Assembly (NCBI GenBank): GCA_965153455.1
Contig: OZ234493.1
Location: forward strand, 36,632,213-36,696,212
Reading direction: 5' to 3'
Length of the DNA stretch: 64,000 nt
Source: Sphagnum compactum
Lineage: Eukaryota
Below are positions 1 through 10,930 of this stretch, in pieces; positions within the stretch are counted from its first letter, which is position 1, and every line of letters begins with the position of its first letter. A program made the position numbers and the translations under genes. The notes beneath the pieces were generated by a model. It made no database searches, was not told the origin of the DNA, and saw only the letters and a list, made by a program, of their open reading frames with translations.

Positions 1-85
1 CTATCCAACCGCGCAGATTTGTAGAAGGTTGTAATTGTTTATCCAGAAATTGATGTACCTCTAGGTGTATTAGAAAGAACTTGAA

Positions 86-1404
86 TCAAGTTACATGGTA
101 CCTCCTCCCCCCAACACTAAAAGTGAAGTGTAGAGTGTTGAAGATAGGCAAGTGTACTTGGTCGTGGTGACATGTAGTCGCATCGCCAGAATTGCAAGCT
201 GATTGAATCAATGCTAGTGTTGTGTACATTTGAAAAAGTACACAGGTTACCAACAACCATGTAAGGGAGTTCAAGTCCATGCCTCTCCCCAGTAGAGCGT
301 TACGCTCCAATCTAGTCACCTTAATGTGACTAGTAGTGCCAATTTGGAACCCCATAGCCCTTTCTCTTTCTTCTGGGCTTGGTTCATCCCAAGCGGTTCA
401 AGCATGACGATACACTATGCCTGGTCCATCTTCCTAAAAGGCGTGTGTTCCTAGGAAGGAGACAAATGTGGGCCAAGCATTTATTGGTTTTCCTATTGTG
501 TTAATAGGAAACCAAGGAGGTTTCTTTTGTGTTGTAATTGGTTGGCAGGAGCTTTGATCATCCAATATGTGAGAAACTTACAGGTTGGGGTCTCTGATGG
601 TGTATCTCAAAGCCAACTGCAGAACTGAGAATGGTGCAAAGTTGGTCCACCAGTTGCGCAGCTAGTGCGCATAGGAACCACATTGTGCCGCATCAAGTAG
701 GAGCGGCTCTCCAAGGTAATGCTTGACTAGCATGTAGTGTTCCTGGACTTTCTGCCTCTCGTCAAGCTGATAAGGGGTGTTCTCAATTACATAACCAAGT
801 GTAGGAGAAATGGATTGAGCCTAGATGATCAATCAAACCATGTCCATGAAGAGACCGGATCTTGTATCACTCAAGCCTTTTCTGCTAAAACCCTAAATCC
901 AACTGCTGAAAATCCTTGACACTCTCAACTTGAAATGATGAGGTCCACGGGGCCAAGTAATTCCATATGCTTCTTCTGAATTAGTTGTAGGTTAGAAGGC
1001 AAGAAAGTGAAACTGGCCTTCCATGCGGTGGTTGCAAACTATTGTAGAAATCTGGATGTGAGCTCCATCATTCTTGATGCCGCCATTTGCCTTACAATAG
1101 GATCAATGTCTACATAGAAATACCTCCGAACCACCATCCTTGACTGTAGTAGGGCTTCGAGACCTGTACCGATACCACCAAAAAGTTCAAGTAATATAAT
1201 CCCCTCCTTAGGCAGTGTCTAAGTGATTAGTTGACGAAATACTGGCTTAATTGGTTCGCCATGGCTCTCCATGTTTTCAAAACTAAACAGAGTTTTAACC
1301 ACGGGCTTATGGGCTGCTTCGAATCTCTATAAAACCTCTGGTCCATGTTGAATGTCAATAGGAACCACCCTCAAGCTTTCAGTAGCTTGGGTGTAAGTTG
1401 TTTC
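86..1404 (-). pseudogene. DNA (cytosine-5)-methyltransferase domain inside the retrotransposon pol (DNMT3/Dcm-like), inactivated by stops and frameshifts
   Basis: Manual translation: motif I ILLELFGGIGTG (~1165-1200), II YFYVDID, IV VDLIISS*ECQGFS (Cys codon 921-919), V GLSDTRSGLF, VI YVIENTP, VII/VIII PLLLDAAQCGSYAH*LRNWWTN, IX-X EERERAMGFQIGTT...RNALLGRGMDLNSL. Confidence 0.9.
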
Positions 1405-2044
1405 CTTTTTTAAGCACCCACAAGCTCCTTAATAGACTCAAATGTGAGTCTAAACTGAAAACAGCAGAAGAGCAAAGAGTCGAGGCACGCTCCCTGGCTT
1501 GCAACTCTTTGGGGGGGTAGAGGGCTGTGAGCCATGGATTATAATACCACAAATTGTTAAGCTTTAGTTCCATATTTTTCCTTAGTATTAATGATTTGAA
1601 TCCTGATAAACCTCCAAATAATAATCATTAGGAGTTGGATTAGCCTTTGGATATTTCAGCGTAGAAGACTTTTTTGTTTAAATTGATGCAAGGTTTAGTT
1701 AGTTTTAGGACCTAGTAAACCTTTTTAAGGGCATTATCCTTTTATGTTGTAGAGAAAATAAAAGGGATGTAGAATTAGATGTGATTTATTAATATATTTG
1801 GAATACAAGCCCATAACTAACAATAGCATTTCGCCATGACAATATTAAGTTAGCTTGTAAAATAATCTTCAGGCACGAATGATGTACTGGAAAGATTTCT
1901 AAGATGTATTCCTAATACATCTTTATTTAGTTTTCACTTCTATCAGACGCTTAGATAAAATCAAAATCAAACTTAAGTATTAACATTTCCACCTGAGTGG
2001 CCTAAGGTGAATTAAAACTTAGTAAACAACTTTAAGGGAATAGA

Positions 2045-2473
2045 TCACAATTGCAAAAACTCCAGAATGCGACGAATGGTGCGAGCTAGGTATTCGGCTC
2101 AATGCTCCATGGAAAGGGGGTTAATTAGGCCTCGTAACCAACGATAATGGCCATCACCGGGAACCCAAGTTCGACAATGAAGACGAACATCGTCGTCTTC
2201 ACATTAACACTCTTCAAACCTTTCTAGCGCGGTTCCTCGAGCAGGAACAAATTCTAAATAAATTGCTAAGGCATGTGGGTTAGGAGATAATCAACGATCC
2301 CATGCCGAACGATCGACTCGAGTGCGCACCACTCTTCTGGATGGTTCTTCTTCGTGCGACCGTTGAGAGACATTCACCTCAAGCGCTACTTCATCAAGCG
2401 ATGCTTCTTCAAGCTCTTCCTTGTCTATTGGTGCAACTGGAGGATTCGAAGGCATAGCGACCTCATCCGCTAT
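2045..2473 (-). pseudogene. LTR B-embedded small ORF, copy 1 (start codon mutated to ATA, three internal stops)
   Basis: Collinear with 44018-44431 with no frameshift; ends EYLARTIRRILEFLQL*. Confidence 0.7.
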
Positions 2474-3350
2474 GACTAAATTATCACATGCATTAACAAA
2501 AACAAAGGGTAGTAGAAATAATGTGGTACTTGCGTTCAGAAAGGGTCGAGGCCTTTTTATTTAACAAATTAGGGTAGGCGTAAAGTGTGGGAGTGACGGC
2601 GGAACCTCATGAAAACTTGAACATCCTGTATCTAATGGATTCATCGAACCCTAATTTCGATGGTGGATCTAGGAGTATGTGGGGGGTTTTTGTGATGCAA
2701 ATTTTAATTCCAATGTACTATGTACTACATAGTTAATTAGTGCATGGAAGAAAAAATAAGTAAGGGATATCAAAAGAGTAAATGGTACGTGGGGATGTTA
2801 CTTCAACCATTGAATTGATTTAGTCAAGTAAGGACTCAAGGATGTTTACTTGTTACTACCGATAAATTGTCCTAGTAGTTAGTTACTTGAAATAATTAGG
2901 ATGAAGAAGTAGGATGTGAGGGTCAACGGACGGAAAGGATAAGGATCAAGCTCAAGAACCTCATCAAAATATCCAAGATAAGGGGAAGGATGAGTCCTCT
3001 AATCCCATTAGTCATGAGGATTATCATCCTATTCGATTGCAGGATGGAATATTTTTTGTGTCTCATTGGGCCCAAGAATTTTCATCCTAAAATCAATTGG
3101 AGGGCAAATTATTCTCAATTCTCATTGGTTCTTAAAGGATGAGGAGGCCATTGATTGAAGGGAAGGATTTCGAAGCTTCCATTGGTAAAGGGGAACAAAT
3201 TCAAGGAAGGTCGTGAAGGCTTACCAAGGGAAAGAGGAGTATCTTGGGTTGAGAAAAGGAGAAGGGAAAAAAATGAATGTGTGACGAAAAGATTAGTTTT
3301 TATGTGTGGAAAGGTGTTGTTCATGAAAAGGATGTGTGCAAGAAATAAGC

Positions 3351-3935
3351 ATGGAAGGATTTCCATGACAAAGCCTTTGGAGTTTTGTTTCAAATAGTTG
3401 TTCCTCCCAAATCCAATGTTGGATTTTTGCCAAACTTAAAACAGTTCTTGTTTAGGAGGTGTAAGAGATCCTGTCCAAATTTCAGCATCATCGGGTTTCA
3501 TGTGAGGGAGCTACACTTGCCGGAAGTTGAGGGTGTTTGTAATGGAGTTCATGGAAGGATTTCCATGACAAAGCCTTATGAGTTTTATTTCAAATAGCTG
3601 TTCCTCTCAAATTCACCGTTGGATTTGTGTTAAACTTCACAAAAAAAAATTTTAAGAAGTGTAAAAGGTTCCCTCCAAATTTCAGCATCATCGAGTTTGG
3701 TGTGAGGGAATTATACTTGCCGAAAGTAGAGGGTGTTTGTAGTGGAGTTCATGGAAGGATTTCCATGACAAAGCCTCTGGAGTTTTATTTCAAATAGTTG
3801 TTCCTCACAAATCCACCGTTGGATTTGTGTCAAACTAAAAATAGTTCTTGTGTAAGAGATATAAAAGTTTCTCTCCAAATTTTAGCATTATCGGGTTTGC
3901 TGTAAGGGAGCTACACTTGCCGGAAGTAGACGGGG
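3351..3935. repeat. Three tandem 200-bp units inside LTR B copy 1
   Basis: ATGGAAGGATTTCCATGACAAAGCC recurs at 3351, 3551 and 3751. Confidence 0.9.
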
Positions 3936-4852
3936 TTGAATTTGTCTGTCTTTTCTTCAATCTAAGCAAGTGATGTTTAGTCCCAAGGCTTAACTCTTGA
4001 TTAAAAAAAAAAAAACTTATAAGATTTTGTAACATAACTCCTTTTAGAGTAGTCTTTTCAAAAATCCAATGCATGTTAAATTAGGAAGTTGTATGTAGAT
4101 GTTATGACAAATGGAACAAAAAGGGTTCAACCATCAAGCGTGACATTGAATGAACATCAACATAATGCCCTTCATATTCCATCATGGTGAGTTACGATTC
4201 TCCCATAATGTCTTTATATCTTCCAAGTGGACACAACGCATTAGATTTTTAGTGAGCTTCATTGCATTACCTTAAACCACCATACTTGTTAGATTACAAC
4301 TACATAGTAGTTCCACTTTCAAGCGGGTTTTGTGAGTGCAAATTTCTATATGTTGAAGGTGTGCAAGAATTCCTCACAAGGGGCGTGTTGGAGTTCCGAG
4401 GTGCGACTAGGAAGAATGATAAGCACTTAATCCACTCACACGGATCTGCACAAAACCAAACAACAAGTCAATTAGTGCTTAGTCGGGGCACTTTTGGTGC
4501 TAAAATGAGCCATGGGCAAACTCGGACTCACAAGACTCACCTCGGCCCGGACTTGGGGGAAGCCACCACCTTCCCCCTTATAGTATATTTTGTGCCGCTC
4601 CACGAGGCCCACATTCAAATGGCATTTTGTCCCAGGATTCCCGCGACTTTGGGGCCCCATAACTTTGTGTGAAGATGTTTAATTGAGATGAGGTCTAAAG
4701 CAAAGTTGTAGCCCTTGTTGACGATATGTCGCACGCCACCTGCGTGCAAGTAAATCGTGTCAGTTTCCGACTTTTAGTGGTCGGGAGTCAAACTGTCACT
4801 TTGATTCCCGGCCTTTCTTTTGGCCATGACTTGTGTTTCAGATATCTAAATG

Positions 4853-5671
4853 TGACGCGCTCCCAAGTTCCTAGCTAGACCCAAGATGGGTCTAAGTTAC
4901 TCAAATAACAGAAATGTGAGGAACTCGAGGCACGCTCCCAACCTTCAGCACTTAAAGGGGTAGAGGGGCGTGTTGAAGCTCCGGGATGGGACTAGGAAGA
5001 GTGACAAGCTTTAGTTACTTACTTGAACCTGCATCAAACCAACCAACAAGTTGGTTAGTTCACTTTCTGGAACACCTTTAGTGCTACAACAAGCCATGCG
5101 CAATTCTGGAGTCACAAGACCCACCACGGCCCGGACTCGGGAAAAGCCACCACCTTCCCCCCTATAGTATTCTCTGTGCCTCTCCGCGGCACCCACGCCC
5201 GAATGGCTTTTTATCCCGGGACTCCCAAGGAGGAGTCCCGAAATTGTCCCGGTTTGGACTTCCGGGACTTTGCGAGGTCACAACTCCTTCCTCAGACCTC
5301 CAATTGGGATGAGGTCTGAAGCAAACTTGTAGCTCTCCTTGAGAGTTTTCCAACGTGTGTTGCACTCCACTTGCATGCATCGGGGTCGGGTCGATTCACG
5401 ACTTTTAGTGGTCGGGAGTCAAACTGCCAGTTTGATTCCCGGCCCTTCTTTTTGCCATAACTTGTGCTGATGATGTTCAAGTGGCCCATGCGAGCCCATT
5501 TTTGACATCTACACTTTGATAGCTTTCCAATAATATAAAGAACACTCTAATGCAAGGTCTTTTGACCCCTGCAATTGAAACTGAAGTTTTGGGAGTCTCG
5601 GAGGACTTCCAAGTCCCCATTTCGGGAGTGTGAGTCTCATCCTCACACTCTCTCAAAGTAGGGTTGCGACA
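4853..5671. mobile_element. Solo LTR C (819 bp) nested in LTR A
   Basis: TGACGC...TGCGACA termini; perfect TSD AAATG (4848-4852, 5672-5676). Confidence 0.9.
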
Positions 5672-5940
5672 AAATGGGTCACATGAGCCCATTTTAGACA
5701 TCTACGTTTCAATAGCTTTTCAATGGTATAAAGATTTCTTCAATCCATTAGGTTTTCACCCCTGCAATCGCTTTTTGAAGATTTGGGAGTCCATTGGGAC
5801 TCCAACTCCCCAAAGTGGGAGTTCCCTTGGGAGTGTGAGGGTACATTCCCTCACACTTTCCTTCACTCCAAGGCTTCGTCTTGGCCCACTACATTGCAAC
5901 CCCTTGCCTTGGTTGCGAGCTCAAGGTTAGAGTTGTGACA

Positions 5941-6691
5941 CTCTTCATCTCTCTCTATCCACTTGTGGTTAAATTGTTGGATGTAGGAAATGGTGAGCCA
6001 TAGGACTAGGGTTCCCATGTAAATCAAGGGGTATGTATCCCAAGTGGTGGCCATCAGTCTAGCAATCCACTCGATAATACGCATGCTCAAACTTGTTGTC
6101 AATTGTGATACATGGTGGAAACAGGGCCTCTTACCCAATGAACACATCGTAACTGGTGGCATTGGTGACTAAACATCTAACCTGTAGGCAAAGCTCTTGA
6201 TATGTACCTTCATTGAAGTTAAGTGCAATCAAATTCAAGTTCTCCCCAAGTACCTCCTCTACGTTTCCACTAGCGATGCGAATTTGCCACATAGATTTTT
6301 TTAGTCTGGAATCGAGCATGCCCATCTTCTTGGCGAATTGAACTCCAAAAATCACTGGTTGGGCACCTGTATTAAGAAGTACCACTCTGGGTGTATGTCC
6401 TCCCACCTGGATTACTAACTTAGTATTGTCGATAATGGCAACTCCGATGGCGATGGAAGTTCTCTCACTAGGCACCACCTTCGAAAATGGGTGAAAGACT
6501 TTGTGGAGAGAATGGTTATCCACAATGCCTTTGTTGAGTAACAAATCCACAAGTGAGGTGTTCTTAGTTCCCTTCTGATATGTGAATGTAAAATCAGAGG
6601 TAGGAGAGCCTACTAGTTTAGCCATGCTAGAACTAGTGACCAGATTATGAACGCCATCTACAACACATGAGCCAATCAAGTGTCTCTCCAA
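5941..6691 (-). pseudogene. Retroviral-type aspartic protease and linker of the DNMT retrotransposon
   Basis: ORF 6131-6691 contains VVLLNTGAQPVIFG and the C-terminal YDVFIG motif typical of retropepsins. Confidence 0.8.
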
Positions 6692-6999
6692 GGTGTTGGA
6701 TGGGACCCTTGTAGCATGTGGATCAGGGATTGGTAGAGGACTTCATGTAGTGTTCAGAGTATCCTTTAATACTGCAATTATATCCCTGGTGCTTAGCTTC
6801 AAATCTTGAAAACTAAACAAAGGTGTACTCACAAGCTTTTGCGCCACTTCACGCATTTGAAGTTGGCACTCATAAGCTGATCAGTGAAAAATTGTGTGTT
6901 TTCCTGATGTACATGTACCCCTGGGATACGAGAATTTGATGCCCTAGCAGCTTGTGGTGTAGTAGTCTCCTCCCCCGTCGCCAACAAGGTGCGTTTTTT

Positions 7000-8833
7000 T
7001 TCCGTGTTGAAAGGACGAAAAGATTATGACATGACTGTTCGAGCTCTTCTAGCCCTGGTAATAGGACTTGAACCAGATGCGAGTCCATTAATCTGAATTA
7101 CCTGCCCAGTGACAGAAACTATGGGTGCCACACTAGCTTCTTGTGCCGCGAAGTAAGAAGGGTAAAAAGAAGTGGCAAATTCTGGTGTGAGACTAGAATT
7201 GTGTGCATTGGAAAGAACATACTCCCAACCATGGCATCGTGTGAGAGGCCATGGAATGACTTAGGAGGTCCCTCCCATGATCATGAACCCTGTACATGTT
7301 GGGCATGAGTAGCTGGTTGGGAAGACTTGCCTTTTAGATTAGCAAGTTCGGCCCTTAATGATTCGAGTTCATTTTGCAGAGTTTGAACTTGAGCGACATG
7401 GGCTTGAAGCACATCCCTCTTGTCAGCATTGTGCTCCTTTTTCTTAACATTCTTTTTGGAATTACCCTTGGTGGGGAAAGCCTAAGTGTAAGGCTGAGGT
7501 GCCTTGGCTTTTGGTTGAAGGGTAGTGGAAGATGCTGGCAGATTTTGCCGTGGTAATTGGGGTTGCTTTCATTTCAAGAACATGAGAAAACAAAGAGCTT
7601 GCTGATGTCCCTCTTTCCCACAATAATCATAACAGAGATCCTCGGAACGAATGTTGCACTCATTAGCTTTGTGGGCAAGATTGCCACAATAGTTCCAAGA
7701 AAGTGGGATGGGTGCAACCGAGTGCACCGCTTTAGCCCTTGAAGAAGAATGTGATGATCTGGTTGGCGCAGCTGGTGAAGGCTGAGGCTATGAATGTGAT
7801 GGAGGCCTCATAGTACTGGCCTCATAATGTGCATGAGCCAGTTCTAGCTTTTCAGAAATGTTGTACACATCCAGCAAAGTGTACGAATTTCCAAATTTTG
7901 CAAAACCTACGCATGGAGTGTTGGAGTACCTTCCAACAAAGGAAAATACTGATGGGCAACTTCCAGGTCTGTGATGCTATGAGTATCCTCTTTGAGCTTG
8001 AAAAGCCTCCTATAGAGCATCTTGAGGGTTTCATCCTTCTGCCGAGAGAAGGTGACGAACTGCAGAATTTTTTTAGAACTCTTAATCGGAACTTCCAGCT
8101 TAAAAACTCGAAAGAATTCCTCCACTGGATCAACAAAAGTTGGTGGATCGATGGTGGGAGGAATGTTTGCGGTAGCAGTAATGAGTTGTTGAGGAGAAAG
8201 GTTTACTGAAGTAGGTACCATGATGTGCAATGGTAGCTTATAGTGCAGCTTGAGAGGCGGTGGTGATGGCTGTGGCATAAGTTGGATTGCGGATCTGGAT
8301 GACACCCAAAATTCTTGGAAAATGTTGTTTGTAGACATCTAATGCATCATAGTGCACATAACGGGCCAATTTTTGAATGCGAACACCTCGTTGTAATTAA
8401 CGCCATACTTGAGCTCCAGTTCACAAACCACAGTTGAAAAAGTTGCCTTGAATTCCATCAAAGAAATGGTACCTCACCTTTCGATGAACTTTTCAATTCT
8501 CCCAGAGGAACTGCTAACCTCCATGGTGTATGTGGGTGTAAAGGTAATGGTTTTCAGCGAAATATATGGTGATGGTCTGAAAGTTGATGCAGCAGCAGGC
8601 ATAGCCCACTGATTAACCCCTCCAAATGAACTTTAATGTACGATTCATGTAGTGTAACTTGAACTTGAATTCCTGGTACGAGTTGCACTGGATGACGGTG
8701 GCGCTATAGATGCTTCATGGTACTGTTGTAAAGATCGTGAGCTCAAAGAAATCGGTTCAAATGATTGTGTGTTGCTTCAAAGCTCACACCTAGGCTGTGG
8801 CTGAACAGTAGTGCTCTCATCATTCGAGGACAT
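7000..8833 (-). pseudogene. Gag of the DNMT retrotransposon
   Basis: Capsid-like FSRQKDETLKMLYRRL in ORF 7907-8338. Two degenerate CX2CX4HX4C knuckles, (W)NYCGNLAHKANEC and (Y)DYCGKEGHQQALC, at ~7590-7697. Candidate ATG at 8833. Left boundary approximate. Confidence 0.75.
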
Positions 8834-8858
8834 GGTGTTCTCGCATGCCGCAAAATTT

Positions 8859-9567
8859 TGTAGCAATACAGAGCACTAGCTACAAAATTCTAACACAACA
8901 TACGGTTTGAAGAATACGGTGCATCGATAGGGATGAACGGTGATGGCCGGACGTCGGTGGACGAATGTTGGTGGAGGAACATCTATGGACAGACGTCGGT
9001 CAACGAAAGGGGTTGGACAGACAAAACGAAATGGACGGATGTTGACAGAACTGTGACGAACGTTGGACGGAACGGATCGAACCGAAACGGACTTGACCGA
9101 ATCGGCCAGATTGGATCAAAACAAAACTGACCAAACCGAAATGGACCTGACCAAAATGGAACAAACCTGAACGGACTGGAAAAGACCTAATCGGACCAGA
9201 AAGGACCTAACTGGATCGAAAAGGACCTGACCGAATCGGAACGGACCTGACAAGACCGGACCGGAACAAAGTCGACTTGACCAGAGCGAAACGGAACGGA
9301 CGAAATCAGCGAAACGGAACGGATCAGACCAGACCGGAGCAAAACAGAATGGACCGGACCAAACCGGAATGGACTTTTATACCCTTTTATACATGAACGG
9401 ACTTGGCCTTTTATACAACCGTCAACAAGCTGAAACCCTAAACAAGCCATAACCCTAAAACACCTAATAGCATAAAATAACCTAAGAACGTACATTAACC
9501 CTTAAAGGCATGATTGGCATGCCCGTAACCAACCGTCATGTATGAGGCCATGCATACGGGCATGACA
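8859..9567 (-). mobile_element. Putative 5' LTR of the DNMT retrotransposon
   Basis: Minus strand starts TGTCATGCCC and ends ATTGCTACA (TG...CA). Repeated TATAAAAG on the minus strand at ~9375-9415. Lies directly upstream of Gag. The partner LTR is not in the window. Confidence 0.6.
8933..9375. repeat. Degenerate pentanucleotide repeat (GACCG/GAACG) inside the LTR
   Basis: Visible ~5-bp periodicity, e.g. GACCGGACCGGAAC. Confidence 0.8.
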
Positions 9568-10179
9568 CATCCTTTGGAGTTGTAAGCATACCTAATAATA
9601 GGAAGCAGAAAGGAAACATGGATATCATCAGTAAAAATTACAAGTACTATGATGTTAGGTTCTTGTCTTGATAGGAAACTTGAAGTATCAAGGAACTAAA
9701 ATCAAGAACCATCAATCTTGGCATATAGATCCAAGGAACCAGAAAGGAAGCAACCAACTTACCATATAAATGTAAGGAAACAGAAACAGCACAACCTACT
9801 TACCATAGTAATGTAAGGAAATAGAAAGGAAGCAACCTGGTTAACACAAAATTGTAAGGAATCAAAAATAACAACTTATTGTATGTCCTTGTACAAAATG
9901 TAAGGAAACAAAAAGGAAGTAACATGTACTAGTTAAACAACATTTTGATCATTGATGCTACTTAAAGAACTCAAAGTAAAGTTGGGATTGCTAGGAATCA
10001 AGACATAATTAATCTGTATTAACAATTTTAACAATTTTATAATCACATTTATGTCCAAAAATCTATGACTACTAATACCACAACTAATAGTTTTAATTTA
10101 TGCACATACTAGGAACCAAAGGTACAAGAGACCATGATCTACTACTGAATTCAAATAACATGTAATCATGGATTGCATC

Positions 10180-10930
10180 ACATACTTGAAACTCCAAGAG
10201 AAGGTGGGTTGCATGGGACTCCCAAGATTTTCAAGCAAGGCGCCTTTTTACAACATCCTTCATGTTGGGACTCACTCACGTATTGTTTGTCCAAAACTTG
10301 ACAACTGCATTGCATATCTCAAAGTACAAAGCGTCCTTACTTTTAGCCTTCCCATAGAAAGCCCAAATAACTTTATTCATTTGGGATTCAAAAGACAATC
10401 TCCTCTCCATACCTTGTTTGAAGTTTTTTCGATGAATTCCTATGAGTGCATTAGTATGGCGAATGTTACGAACGGAATCAAAAGCCACCATAGGAATGAT
10501 AACATTCCGAACACGCTGGTCATTGTTAGAGTGGTTACCTTTAATAAATTGCCATCCTTTGGAAAAGTTGTTGAGTGTGTTGTGTACATTTTCCAAATTA
10601 GAAGATTTTGGTAGTACATCTTTCCAGATTGGGTGTTTCAAAATCTTCAAAAGTAGCAACCTTTGGAACTCAAGGCCTTTAGCTGCAATTTGATGGAACC
10701 ATTCCATTGCTAACAAATTTGCATATCTACTAGCTGAGCTATTTAAGTTCACATATGTGTTGACCTTAGGAGCAAGTTCATTAACAATGGCCACTGCATT
10801 TCCCACTATAGATTTTTGACACTCTTTGCACCTCCTTTGCCTTTGCTTCTAGGCTTCTTTTCTTGCAACATTAGCTTCTAAATGGGCTTGTGTACCCTGG
10901 CCATCTTGTGGTTTGCTTACACTATGTACC
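10180..10930 (-). pseudogene. Transposase-like fragment, possibly Sola-type N-terminus
   Basis: ORF 10276-10806 continues past a stop: FWTNNT*VSPNMKDVVKRRL. This recalls Sola2 transposase N-terminal motifs, from memory only. No DDE core seen. Confidence 0.35.

Larger units (their letters stand above)
1526..4378 (-). mobile_element. Solo LTR B, copy 1 (2853 bp)
   Basis: TGTGAG...CTCACA termini; flanks AGGGC/AGGGG; end-to-end inverted homologue of 42288-44949. Confidence 0.85.
1410..5940. mobile_element. Solo LTR A (~0.85 kb of its own sequence) inserted in pol and itself interrupted by LTR B and LTR C
   Basis: Starts TTAAGCACCC (degenerate TG start), ends GTTGTGACA. Flanks CTTTT (1405-1409) and CTCTT (5941-5945) form a 5-bp TSD with one mismatch. 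Similar to 4853-5671 and 49506-50392. Confidence 0.75.
1..9567 (-). mobile_element. Decayed LTR retrotransposon (probably Ty3/Gypsy-type) encoding Gag-protease-DNA methyltransferase; runs off the left edge of the window
   Basis: Minus-strand order: putative 5' LTR (8859-9567), Gag with two CCHC knuckles, aspartic protease (LLNTGAQPVI, LDTGA-like), then C5-DNMT motifs. RT/RNaseH/integrase would lie left of base 1, so the superfamily is inferred. Confidence 0.8.

Noticed and set aside
4262-5930. Short ORFs such as DLGEATTFPLIVYF... as genes
   Set aside because: They lie in LTR sequence and are frameshifted between copies (also at 49242-50275).
8933-9495. ORFs on both strands
   Set aside because: Translation of the pentanucleotide repeat.
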